From Candidatus Omnitrophota bacterium (GTDB lineage: Bacteria > Omnitrophota > Gorgyraeia > Zapsychrales > Zapsychraceae), in contig DATDQB010000017.1 in the NCBI GenBank assembly GCA_035292445.1, forward strand, positions 55,051 through 119,050: a stretch of 64,000 nt of DNA, read 5' to 3'. Every line of letters begins with the position of its first letter. Position 1 is the first letter of the stretch. The notes beneath the pieces were generated by a model. It was not told where the DNA came from, ran no database searches, and saw only the letters and a list, made by a program, of their open reading frames with translations. This document shows, in pieces, positions 48,314-57,276 of this stretch. A program made the translations under genes and the position numbers.

Positions 48314-50083
48314 ATGCCTCGCTTAAAACTTGGTGAAATCTTAATCAAGCATGGCCTCATCAGCGAAGCCCAGCTCAAACAGGCCATGGAAACGCAGCAA
48401 AAAGAAAAAGGCCGCATTGGCGAGATCCTGATTAAAATGGGGGCCGTCAGCGAAGAAGACATGACCGCGACCCTGGGAGAGCAGCTGGGCCTTCCGTACT
48501 ATTCCTACACGGCCACGGAAAAAGCCGAACTCCTTAAACCCGCCTCCAATCAAAATCTTGAAAAAATAGTACCGGTTGACTTTGCGAAAAAAAACAATGT
48601 TTTGCCCCTGTCAAAAAATATAAACAATCTGATATGCGCCGTTGCGGATCCTTTAGATCTACTGCTGCAAGATAATTTGCGCCGCATCGTGGGCTGTGAC
48701 ATCCAATTGGTCATCGCCACCGAAACGAACATTCAAAAAGCCATTACCGATTTCTATTTTTCTGACAAACACCGCGACGACGGAAAAAAATCGTCCATGC
48801 TCAACCAGGCCGTTGAAAGCACTTACGCCCCCCAAAAATTTGAAGCTTCAGACACCGCAGCCGCCCCTAGAGAATCCGAAAATGTCAGCGATAAATCCGA
48901 TCTGAGCTTAGATAAACTCATCGAAAAAGCGGGCGAAGCCCCTGTCATCAAATTGGTCGACCTTATTATCCGTCAGGCGATTGATGAACGTGCCAGTGAT
49001 ATTCATATCGAACCCTTCGATAATAAAATCATCCTTCGTTACCGTATTGACGGCAACCTTTACACCATTCCTCCGCCGGCGCCCCATCTGCACTTGGCCA
49101 TCGTTTCCCGTATCAAAATTTTGGCCAAACTGGACATTGCGGAAAAACGTCTTCCGCAAGACGGGGCCATTTCGGTAAAACTGGAAGACCGCGTGGTTGA
49201 CATCCGTATTTCTACCGTGCCGACCGTCTGGGGAGAAAAAGTCGTCATGCGCCTTCTTGATAAAGGCGCCGTGAAATTGGAACTTTTTGGGTTGGGATTC
49301 GATCAAACACAAATCGATTGCCTGAAAAAAGCCCTTGCAAGACCTTATGGGCTCTTTTTCGTCACCGGCCCTACCGGCAGCGGTAAATCAACAACCCTTT
49401 ATTCCTGCTTAAATGAGACCATTGACCCCCGCGTCAACGTTGTCACGGTTGAAGACCCGGTCGAATATAAAATCGAAGGGATCAATCAAGTCGCCGTCAA
49501 GCCGGAAATTGGCCTGACATTTGCAACCGCCTTAAAGGCCTTCTTGCGCCAGGACCCTGACATCATTATGGTCGGCGAGGTGCGTGATTTGGAAACCGCT
49601 TCCATCTGCGTACGGGCTGCTTTAACAGGCCACTTTGTCTTAAGCACCCTGCACACCAATGACGCGGCCTCGGCCATCACGCGGCTTATTGATATCGGCA
49701 TTCCCAGCTATCTGTTGACCCCATCGCTGGTGCTCATCCTGGCCCAACGGCTCGCCCGGCGCCTTTGCCCGAAATGCAAAGAAGCCTACGAGCCAGACCC
49801 GGCCCAGCATGGCGGCATCAAATTCAAAAGTGATCTCATCTACCGGGCCAAGGGCTGCGAAGCTTGCAACAATTCGGGGTATAAAGGGCGCATCGTGGTG
49901 GCGGAAACATTGCTTGTTGATGATGAGATGAAAAAAATAATCAGCAAAGGGGCCACGGATCAAGAGATTAAAACTGCGGCCCGTAAAAATGGTATGACGA
50001 CCATATTTGATTCAGGCATCCGCCTCGTTGAACAGGGGTTTACCAGTTTTGAAGAAGTCGCAAGAGTCAGTGTAGACCAATAA
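48314..50083 (+). CDS. pilB: type IV pilus assembly ATPase (GspE family)
   Basis: Duplicated N-terminal T2SSE_N domain, Walker A GPTGSGKST, Asp and His boxes and a tetracysteine motif. Confidence 0.9.
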   Translation: MPRLKLGEILIKHGLISEAQLKQAMETQQKEKGRIGEILIKMGAVSEEDMTATLGEQLGLPYYSYTATEKAELLKPASNQNLEKIVPVDFAKKNNVLPLSKNINNLICAVADPLDLLLQDNLRRIVGCDIQLVIATETNIQKAITDFYFSDKHRDDGKKSSMLNQAVESTYAPQKFEASDTAAAPRESENVSDKSDLSLDKLIEKAGEAPVIKLVDLIIRQAIDERASDIHIEPFDNKIILRYRIDGNLYTIPPPAPHLHLAIVSRIKILAKLDIAEKRLPQDGAISVKLEDRVVDIRISTVPTVWGEKVVMRLLDKGAVKLELFGLGFDQTQIDCLKKALARPYGLFFVTGPTGSGKSTTLYSCLNETIDPRVNVVTVEDPVEYKIEGINQVAVKPEIGLTFATALKAFLRQDPDIIMVGEVRDLETASICVRAALTGHFVLSTLHTNDAASAITRLIDIGIPSYLLTPSLVLILAQRLARRLCPKCKEAYEPDPAQHGGIKFKSDLIYRAKGCEACNNSGYKGRIVVAETLLVDDEMKKIISKGATDQEIKTAARKNGMTTIFDSGIRLVEQGFTSFEEVARVSVDQ

Positions 50084-50105
50084 TTATTGTTAGAAGGAGT
50101 ACGAA

Positions 50106-51347
50106 TTGCCCAAATTTTCCTATACAGCAAAAGACGCGTCCGGTAAAACCATCAAAGACGTCATGGATGCCCCTAGTCAAAACACAGTGGTGGAGCGCCT
50201 GCAAAAAAAAGAGCTCTTTGTTATCAATATTAATGAGCTGTCTTTCTCTTCTCCGGCGGCCAAAAGAGCCCTTGCCAAAAAGAAAAAAACAAAACGCTTC
50301 ACTCATAAAAAGGTCAAACTCGGCGACTTGCTCACCTTTGCGCGCCAATTGGCCACCATGCTGGAAGCCGGTGTTTCCATGATCCGAAGCCTGGATGTTA
50401 TCTGTTCCCAAATTCAAAGCGAACAATTCCATAAGGTCGCAAGAAAAATACGTGATGATGTGGAACAAGGGGGCGCTTTAAGTAACGCCTTGTCCAATCA
50501 TCCCAAGGTTTTTAACCAATTCTGGACTAGTTTGATCGAGGTTGGAGAGGCCTCAGGAACGATTCCCGTAGTTTTAAATAAGCTGACTTTCTATCTGGAA
50601 CAACAAGCAAAATTCAGATCAACCATCATTTCGGGGTTGATCTATCCGGCCATTCTCTTTACTGTTTCCATGGGAGCGGTCGCCTTTTTTGCCTTATTCG
50701 TAGGGCCGCGGTTTGAAAGTATTTTTGAATCCATGGACGTGGACTTGCCTGTAATCACCGTTATTTTACTGGCGGTCTTCAAATTCATTAAAAGCAACAT
50801 TTTGTTCTTAATTGCCGGCGTTGCTTTATCTATTTTTCTATTTCGTAAATACATAAAAACATACCATGGCCGACTGCAATGGGAGAAATTCATGTTTGCT
50901 TTGCCCCAAGCCGGGGAAGTGTACCGTTTGATTATCGTTGAACGCTTCGCATCACAAATGGCCATTTTGATTGACTCCGGAGTTCCCATTCTTTATGCTT
51001 TGGACATTACAGAGCGGCTCGTTGACAACAACACCTGTGCACTGATTGTTAATGATATCAAGGAAGCGGTCAGGGAAGGGGTTCTTTTGGCCGATCCTAT
51101 GGAAAAAAGCGACTTCTTTCCGGCCATGGCTGTTCAAATGGTGCAGGTGGGGGAGGAAACAGGAGAGCTCAGTAAGATGTTAAAGCATGTTTCCGCTTTT
51201 TACCAGGATCACATCGAAACATTCATGTCCCGTTTTGCAACGATTGTCGAACCTTTTATGCTGGTTTTTATGGGGGCGATCATCGGCACCATCGTCTTGG
51301 CTATGTTCCTTCCCATGTTTAACATTGCTCAGCTGGGAGGGGGATAA
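50106..51347 (+). CDS. pilC: type IV pilus inner-membrane platform protein (GspF family)
   Basis: Two T2SSF domains, 413 aa. Confidence 0.9.
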   Translation: MPKFSYTAKDASGKTIKDVMDAPSQNTVVERLQKKELFVININELSFSSPAAKRALAKKKKTKRFTHKKVKLGDLLTFARQLATMLEAGVSMIRSLDVICSQIQSEQFHKVARKIRDDVEQGGALSNALSNHPKVFNQFWTSLIEVGEASGTIPVVLNKLTFYLEQQAKFRSTIISGLIYPAILFTVSMGAVAFFALFVGPRFESIFESMDVDLPVITVILLAVFKFIKSNILFLIAGVALSIFLFRKYIKTYHGRLQWEKFMFALPQAGEVYRLIIVERFASQMAILIDSGVPILYALDITERLVDNNTCALIVNDIKEAVREGVLLADPMEKSDFFPAMAVQMVQVGEETGELSKMLKHVSAFYQDHIETFMSRFATIVEPFMLVFMGAIIGTIVLAMFLPMFNIAQLGGG

Positions 51348-51452
51348 GGCTAAAAACTCCCTCTAGCGAAAATACTTCAAAAAATACTATTCAAACCACT
51401 CGATTTTCGCTAAATTTATTATATAATAAAGGCGTAGATAGAGCTTGGCTGT

Positions 51453-51483
51453 TTGACATGGGGCACCCTAATATGCTATACAT
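51453..51483 (+). promoter_or_regulatory. sigma70-type promoter TTGACA-N18-TATACA driving the riboswitch-pilin transcript
   Basis: Direct reading. Confidence 0.45.
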
Positions 51484-51494
51484 TATGTAGGATA

Positions 51495-51600
51495 GGTTAT
51501 TGTCCAAGGGTAAACCATTCGAAAGAGTGGGGCACAAAGCTAAAGGGCCCGGGAGTCCAAGTCAGATATTGGATGGGGGGGCAGCCAGCTACCAATAATC
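51495..51600 (+). ncRNA. cyclic-di-GMP-I (GEMM) riboswitch aptamer
   Basis: AGGGUAAACCAUUCGAAAGAGUGGGGCACAAAGCU matches the Vc2 GEMM-I core AGGGCAAACCAUUCGAAAGAGUGGGACGCAAAGCC at 31 of 35 positions. It has a GNRA (GAAA) loop in P2, and a P1 stem ggttattg / caataatc closes the domain. Confidence 0.8.
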
Positions 51601-51611
51601 GAACCAAAATG

Positions 51612-51643
51612 CCTATTCTACGAATGTGGAATAGGTTTTTTAT
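51612..51643 (+). terminator. intrinsic terminator (expression platform of the riboswitch): cctattc-N10-gaatagg + TTTTTT
   Basis: Direct reading; lies 45 nt upstream of the pilin SD. Confidence 0.55.
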
Positions 51644-51689
51644 TAGGGTGAATTTAGTGTAAAACTTTAAATAAAAGGAGTTAGCAAAC

Positions 51690-52106
51690 ATGAAACTCAA
51701 TCGCAGAAGTGGCTTTACCTTACTTGAAATTATCATTGTTATCATTATTGTAGGTGTTCTTGCTTCTTTGGCTTTACCTCGATTCTTCAGTACAGTCGAA
51801 TTCTCCAGATCAACAGAAGCACTTACATCCATGTCCACCGTTCGTCAATCCATTGAACGATGCTACATAGCATCAAACAATAACTATTCCTCATGCATCA
51901 TTGGTGCTATTGACGTTGAAAACCCAGGAATCTCACCAGGGGCTCACTTTACCTACGTGGTCACCGTAGCGCCTACTACTTTCCGAATTGTGGCCCAAAG
52001 AAACGCTGTTAATGCTGGGGACGGCACATCAACAATTAGCCTTGGAGGCAGTTCGGGTGCTGGTGTTGCTAGAAGCGGTAGTGGTGTATTCGTTGGTATC
52101 AAATAA
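51690..52106 (+). CDS. type IVa major pilin (prepilin N-methylation site G|FTLLE)
   Basis: MKLNRRSGFTLLEIIIVIIIVGVLASLALP..; strong SD aaaaggag. Confidence 0.85.
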   Translation: MKLNRRSGFTLLEIIIVIIIVGVLASLALPRFFSTVEFSRSTEALTSMSTVRQSIERCYIASNNNYSSCIIGAIDVENPGISPGAHFTYVVTVAPTTFRIVAQRNAVNAGDGTSTISLGGSSGAGVARSGSGVFVGIK

Positions 52107-52133
52107 CCCGTTCTTTACAACGGCTTAAGTTTA

Positions 52134-52176
52134 CAGAAACATCGAAGCTTTGACTTTCAAGGCTTCGATGTTTCTG
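52134..52176 (+). terminator. perfect 15-bp hairpin (cagaaacatcgaagc / gcttcgatgtttctg) after the first pilin gene; no U-tract
   Basis: Direct reading. Confidence 0.5.
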
Positions 52177-52208
52177 TGTAAGGCTACGAAAGAAGGGGTT
52201 GATGAACC

Positions 52209-52640
52209 GTGATTTTTTCCCATTTTAAAAAGAAATTCGCTCCCCAAGGCTTTACCTTAATAGAAGTAGCCGTCACCATCATACTTATAGGGGTGGTCGT
52301 GTCACTGGCCTTACCGCAATTCTCCATCACGACCAAACGCTCCCGCTCTTCCGAAGGCGTCCAAATCCTCTCTGCCATATGGAGAGCCCAGAACTTATAC
52401 ACTTTTGAAAATGGTTCGGCAGCTGGCAACTTAACCGATCTCGACATCGAAATTCCATCGCCTCTGACTAATTTCAACACACCTGTTTTATATACAACCG
52501 ATGGACAAACCGCTTATATTGTCGACAATAATAGCGATTATCGCTTGTACATCGATACTACCGGTACCATTACCTGTGATGACACCCCGGGCTTGGCCGG
52601 CATATGTGCGAAGATGGCTTTTGCCGCCTACCCGTACTAG
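52209..52640 (+). CDS. type IV pilin-like protein 2
   Basis: ..QGFTLIEVAVTIILIGVVVSLALP.. Confidence 0.75.
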   Translation: MIFSHFKKKFAPQGFTLIEVAVTIILIGVVVSLALPQFSITTKRSRSSEGVQILSAIWRAQNLYTFENGSAAGNLTDLDIEIPSPLTNFNTPVLYTTDGQTAYIVDNNSDYRLYIDTTGTITCDDTPGLAGICAKMAFAAYPY

Positions 52641-52656
52641 GCAAGAAAAGGCACAA

Positions 52657-53043
52657 ATGAATTGGATAGTTCGTAAAAAAGGGTTTAGCTTGATAGAAGT
52701 GATAACGGCCCTTCTCGTTGTTGCCGCTATTACCGGTATTGCCCTTCCTAGATTTACGCTGCAGCTGGAACGAACAAAAAGCGCGGAAGCCGTTCATATC
52801 CTGGAATCCATTTACAACGCCCAACGGGCCTACTTTTATGAATATCAGGCCTATGCGAGCGCGCTCTCCGCCTTGGATGTCACCGTGCCGGCGCCGGAGG
52901 GTTTCAACGCCCCAACAGCCGCTTCGAGCGATCCCATTGCCAGCATCGCGAGCAAAAGCGGAAATTATACGTTAAGAATAGATAGCGCCGGGGCCTTGAG
53001 CTGTGTCGGTACCGGTACCATCTGCACCCAATTGGGATATTAA
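52657..53043 (+). CDS. type IV pilin-like protein 3
   Basis: ..KGFSLIEVITALLVVAAITGIALP... Start is at MNWIV; the upstream part of the track ORF overlaps pilin 2. Confidence 0.75.
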   Translation: MNWIVRKKGFSLIEVITALLVVAAITGIALPRFTLQLERTKSAEAVHILESIYNAQRAYFYEYQAYASALSALDVTVPAPEGFNAPTAASSDPIASIASKSGNYTLRIDSAGALSCVGTGTICTQLGY

Positions 53044-53058
53044 AATGAAGGAGAAACG

Positions 53059-53469
53059 ATGAGATCAAGAACCGGTTTTACTTTAGTAGAATTAATGGTC
53101 GTGGTCGTCATTATCGGTATCCTGGCCAGCTTTGCGCTGCCCCAATATCAAAAGGCGGTGCGGAAAGCTCATGAACGCGACGCGGTTATCCAACTCACCT
53201 CGTTGCATGCCGCCAATATCATGTATGAAGCAAAACAAGACGCCTATTTGGCAGGGAACCCTTTAAACTTAGCTCAAATCAATAGCGGCCTTAACCTGAA
53301 TATCATAGCCAATGATATGACGTACTCCTATACCAGCACGGTCGCAACAGCCTACACGGCAACGGCCGCATGGACTGATTTTACTGTTCGAGTTAATCAG
53401 ACGCCTATTGCTGCTGGCACCAACCCTTGCTGTTCAGCCGGTACTTGTCCGACTTTACCGGCCTGTTAA
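53059..53469 (+). CDS. type IV pilin-like protein 4
   Basis: MRSRTGFTLVELMVVVVIIGILASFALP.. Confidence 0.75.
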   Translation: MRSRTGFTLVELMVVVVIIGILASFALPQYQKAVRKAHERDAVIQLTSLHAANIMYEAKQDAYLAGNPLNLAQINSGLNLNIIANDMTYSYTSTVATAYTATAAWTDFTVRVNQTPIAAGTNPCCSAGTCPTLPAC

Positions 53470-53478
53470 AGACGCGAT

Positions 53479-53823
53479 ATGCTAAAAATTCTTAAAAAAG
53501 AGGGGTTCGCATCTATCGTGGAAGTGATCGTGGCTTCCATTATCTTTCTGGTGACAGCCTTCGGGATATTTGCCGCTATCTCCATGCTACGGCCCCAAGG
53601 AACGACGTCCATCAAACGGCTCGAAGCCGTTTTGGCCGGGAAACGCGTCATCGATGAAATAAGGGCGGATGTCTACGGCAACCTTTGGGCCAGCGGTAGC
53701 CCTTTAGACACTGGGACGCTTTACACTCAAACCATCGGCTCTGTTACGGTCAATTATTATACCGCGGATGTCCCGAACCTTCCTTTAAGGAAATTGTATA
53801 TGAATGTTTCCTATCCCGATTAA
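53479..53823 (+). CDS. minor pseudopilin (PilV/GspI-like)
   Basis: ..EGFASIVEVIVASIIFLV.. Confidence 0.6.
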   Translation: MLKILKKEGFASIVEVIVASIIFLVTAFGIFAAISMLRPQGTTSIKRLEAVLAGKRVIDEIRADVYGNLWASGSPLDTGTLYTQTIGSVTVNYYTADVPNLPLRKLYMNVSYPD

Positions 53824-53828
53824 GGGTT

Positions 53829-54488
53829 ATGGCAAATATGATCAAGATGACAACACAAAAAGGGTTAACGTTGACGGAACTGCTGGTGGCGTCTTTTTTA
53901 ATGGGCATCGTGATGGTCGGGATTGCCGGCTTTAGCGTAACGATCAAACGCATGCAGGATACAACGGATAAGCAGGCGATTTTGGCCATTCAAACGATAG
54001 CCGCCATGACCCATATGGAAAGGAATATTTCAAGGACCATCGGGGGTCAAAGCGATCAGGGTTATGCCTCCGGTAATGCGGGCACGCCAAACCGTGCTTA
54101 TTGGTCTTTCCGGCAGGACCCTTCGAACACGCCATACAATACTTCCGATGATACCTGGCGGATCTATTTCCGCAGAACGACCGGAGGCGCCCCAACATTC
54201 GAATTAAGAACCTGTGTCCAGCCGGCAGGGGCCGGAGCCGCTCAAGGGCCCATCCCAAGTTTCCTAGGAAGTGACCCGTGCGGCCAGCCAAACATCCAAA
54301 GAGTTATCAATAAAATTCAAAGTTTTTCCATTGTCCAAACAGTCAATAATTCGCCTTCGACTCTGGACTTTTATTATACAGCAACCATCACCGCCCGCTT
54401 CAACCCTTCGGCAGCGGCTGAGCCTATTGATAATCCTGATTATACCTTAAGCACCCGCGTTCACGCGCCGGGCCACAGCTGGAATTAA
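53829..54488 (+). CDS. minor pilin PilW-like
   Basis: ..KGLTLTELLVASFLMGIVMVGIAG.. Confidence 0.6.
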   Translation: MANMIKMTTQKGLTLTELLVASFLMGIVMVGIAGFSVTIKRMQDTTDKQAILAIQTIAAMTHMERNISRTIGGQSDQGYASGNAGTPNRAYWSFRQDPSNTPYNTSDDTWRIYFRRTTGGAPTFELRTCVQPAGAGAAQGPIPSFLGSDPCGQPNIQRVINKIQSFSIVQTVNNSPSTLDFYYTATITARFNPSAAAEPIDNPDYTLSTRVHAPGHSWN

Positions 54489-55231
54489 TGCACCGATTCT
54501 ATTGCCCCAACGCTGATTTCTCTTCAAAAGAGATCACCCTTACCGACAAGGAAGAAATACACCATTTACGTGACGTTTTGCGCTTAAAACCGCCTGGTTT
54601 GATCCAATTATTCGATGGCAAGGGGAAAGAGGCCACAGCAACCATCTGTTCGATCTCTCCCCAGAAAGTTGTCGTAGCCGTTGAAAAGCTTACCCATGCA
54701 CCTGTGCAAACGTTAACGCTGACCCTCGCCTGCGCGATCCCCAAAAAAAGCAAATTCGAGACCATTATTGAAAAGGCGACGGAGTTGGGGGTTGATGAGA
54801 TCATTCCGCTTAAAACAAAAAGGACCGAAGTTGATCTAAAGGGAGAGAGGCTTCATAAAAAACTGGCGCGTTTTCAAACGGTCGCCGTCAACGCGGCCAA
54901 ACAATGCCAGAGGGAGAGGCTTCCTATCATTCACCCAACGATGGAATTTCAATCGGCCGTTGATAAATTGACAGCCGATTCGTTTATCGTTATCCCCGCC
55001 CTCATCAAAAAGCGTAAAAAATTATTCGAGGCCCTGCCGGCCGTGAAAGACAACCTGAAAATAGCCATCTTGATCGGCCCCGAGGGGGATTTTACCCCGG
55101 AGGAATATTCTTATGCCCTTGAAAAGGGGGCGCATCCCGTGTCTTTAGGGAAAACAGTTCTGAAAGTCGAAACAGCGGCTCTGTCCGCTTTGGCCGGCAT
55201 CCAGCTTTTCTATCAGCATGAACCTTCTTAA
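54488..55231 (+). CDS. rsmE: 16S rRNA (uracil1498-N3)-methyltransferase
   Basis: 247 aa with a PUA-like N-terminus and a SPOUT C-terminus. Confidence 0.85.
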   Translation: MHRFYCPNADFSSKEITLTDKEEIHHLRDVLRLKPPGLIQLFDGKGKEATATICSISPQKVVVAVEKLTHAPVQTLTLTLACAIPKKSKFETIIEKATELGVDEIIPLKTKRTEVDLKGERLHKKLARFQTVAVNAAKQCQRERLPIIHPTMEFQSAVDKLTADSFIVIPALIKKRKKLFEALPAVKDNLKIAILIGPEGDFTPEEYSYALEKGAHPVSLGKTVLKVETAALSALAGIQLFYQHEPS

Positions 55232-57020
55232 CCGAAAGCACCACCTCTGGGACGCGGCGGTTATTTTTTTCATCGCCTTTGGGCTGCGCCTGGCGTTTGA
55301 GTTGTACCTGCGGCAGCATTATCCGTTTTATGATTATCCAAGCGATGACGTCGGTTATTATCGGCAATGGGCGCAAGACATTTCCCGCCGTTCATTCATA
55401 GGCAACGAGACCTTTTGGGGTCTGCCGCTTTACCCGTATTTTCTCGCCCTGTTAGACCGTTGGTTCTTTGGCAACGCTTTCCTGATTCGCGTCTTTCATC
55501 TATTCCTGGGCTCGCTCAACTGCGTTTTCATATACGCCATCACCAACGCTGTTTTCTCGCGCAGCGTGGCCCTGACCGCCGGGATCCTGACGGCCGTCTC
55601 TTTTACCTGTGTTTATTATGACTGGCTCATGATGCCACCGCTGCTTTTGATCTTCCTTGCCGGTATTATTGTGCTAACGCTTCTTCATAAGGATCAGCTT
55701 AAAACAAAACGCCAGTGGGTGTATTTGGGGCTTCTTTTAGGCATCGCCATGCTGGGCGACGGAAAATTCCTGTTTCTTTTCGTATTTATCTGCCTTTATG
55801 AACTGAAAACTCATCAAAAAGAATGTAAGGCCATAACAACAAACGTTCTCCTGCCTTTATTGATCGGCATGATAACGATCCTCTTCTTATCAGGGCTACG
55901 GAACAAGCTGGTGGGAGGGGACTGGGTCTGGATCAGCGCCCAAAGCGGGTTGACGCTCTACAGCGGCAACAATCCCCAGGCGAAAGGGTATTACGAGCAC
56001 ATGGAAGACTTTCGGCCAACCCATTTTCATCAGGACATTGACCAAATTCTGGTTGCCGAAAAAGAGCTGGGAAGGCCGTTGACGCCCGCCCAAGTTTCCC
56101 AATTTTACAGAAATAAAGCCGTCCAATTCATCGTCCAGCAACCCGCTGCTTTCACAAAACTGCTGCTGCGTAAGCTGCATCTTTTTCTCATCGAATCCGA
56201 AAACACCTTTGACATGGACTTGATCTTTCTGCGCGATCTAAGAAACCGCCTGGACATAAACCCCTTTGCCTTAATCGGCCCCCTGGCGATCTTAGGCATG
56301 CTGGTGACCCGAAAGGCCGGCCATGGCAAGGTCTATTTATACCTTCTCATTGCCAGCCAGCTCGCGCTTGTGCTGGTGTTTTATATGTTAGACCGTTATC
56401 GGGCGAGCATCCTGCCGTTTTTGATAATCTTTGAGGCTGCCGCCCTCCTTTGGCTGGCGGAACAAATAAAACAAAAACAAATCCTTAAACTCATCTTCGC
56501 CGTATTATTCGTCTTGGGGTTCACTGTCTTTTTTCAAAGAAAGCCGCTTGATGCGGCAAGTGTCGAATTCCTGAAACAATCAAAACTCGGTTATGCCTAC
56601 GAAAAAGAAGGGAAGCTCCCCCAAGCTCAAAAGGCCTATTTAACGGCTTTGTCCATCCGGCCCAACGACACCAATGCCTTTTTTAATTTAGGAAATACTT
56701 ATGTCGCGCAAAATAATCTGGCCATGGCCAAAAAATGTTACGAGCGCGTCTTGCACCACATGCCCCATCATGTGGACGCCATCTTTAACTTGGCTCATGT
56801 AGAGGAAAATTTGGGAAATCCCGCCGCGGCCAAGCAAAAATACGCCCAAGTGCTTGAGCTGACGCCACAAAGTATTGATGCCCTCTACCTCTTGGGTACG
56901 CTTTACTTGAAAGAACAGCGTTGCGAGCAGGCCTTGAGCTATTTTCATCAGATCATCCAGCTTAATCCGGCCTACGCGCAGGAAATCAAATCCTTGATGG
57001 AGTCTTGCCTTTCCCCTTAA
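55218..57020 (+). CDS. TMTC/PMT-like GT-C membrane glycosyltransferase with C-terminal TPR repeats (paralog 2)
   Basis: Polytopic membrane domain with a first-loop DD motif (YPSDDVGYY) and C-terminal TPRs. Confidence 0.6.
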   Translation: MNLLNRKHHLWDAAVIFFIAFGLRLAFELYLRQHYPFYDYPSDDVGYYRQWAQDISRRSFIGNETFWGLPLYPYFLALLDRWFFGNAFLIRVFHLFLGSLNCVFIYAITNAVFSRSVALTAGILTAVSFTCVYYDWLMMPPLLLIFLAGIIVLTLLHKDQLKTKRQWVYLGLLLGIAMLGDGKFLFLFVFICLYELKTHQKECKAITTNVLLPLLIGMITILFLSGLRNKLVGGDWVWISAQSGLTLYSGNNPQAKGYYEHMEDFRPTHFHQDIDQILVAEKELGRPLTPAQVSQFYRNKAVQFIVQQPAAFTKLLLRKLHLFLIESENTFDMDLIFLRDLRNRLDINPFALIGPLAILGMLVTRKAGHGKVYLYLLIASQLALVLVFYMLDRYRASILPFLIIFEAAALLWLAEQIKQKQILKLIFAVLFVLGFTVFFQRKPLDAASVEFLKQSKLGYAYEKEGKLPQAQKAYLTALSIRPNDTNAFFNLGNTYVAQNNLAMAKKCYERVLHHMPHHVDAIFNLAHVEENLGNPAAAKQKYAQVLELTPQSIDALYLLGTLYLKEQRCEQALSYFHQIIQLNPAYAQEIKSLMESCLSP

Positions 57021-57142
57021 TATTTCTATTTAAATAATTTATAAATAAGAAAAAACACCATGTTGGCTCCAACAACGATTTATCTTTTTCAATAGCAATG
57101 AGTTAGGGTAATTTGCCGCCTGAACATTTATTGACACATTCA

Positions 57143-57174
57143 GCGACCCTTGACATCTTAATGTCAAGGGTCGC
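57143..57174. other. perfect 14-bp inverted repeat gcgacccttgacat-ctta-atgtcaagggtcgc, nested in a larger imperfect palindrome
   Basis: Direct reading. Lies between the glycosyltransferase stop and the recA promoter. Could be a terminator or a protein-binding site. Confidence 0.6.
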
Positions 57175-57276
57175 TTTCAGTGTCAACCCTGAGGATATAT
57201 TGAGATAAATTCTAATACTTATTTACCATATAATTTGGAATCAACTGACGAGCTTTTCATTGGGTATCCGAATGGG

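Noticed and set aside
51446-51476. Possible sigma54 (-24 GG / -12 GC) promoter upstream of the pilin (tGGggcaccctaatatGCt)
   Set aside because: The GG-to-GC spacing is 13 instead of the strict 12, and the -12 element is ATGC rather than TTGC. A sigma70 TTGACA-N18-TATACA fits the same spot. No enhancer-binding protein gene (PilR-like) is nearby.
51453-51838. Track ORFs 51453-51662 (+) and 51497-51838 (-) in the pilC-pilin gap
   Set aside because: The region is occupied by the c-di-GMP riboswitch, a terminator and the pilin 5' end, and these ORFs show no coding features.
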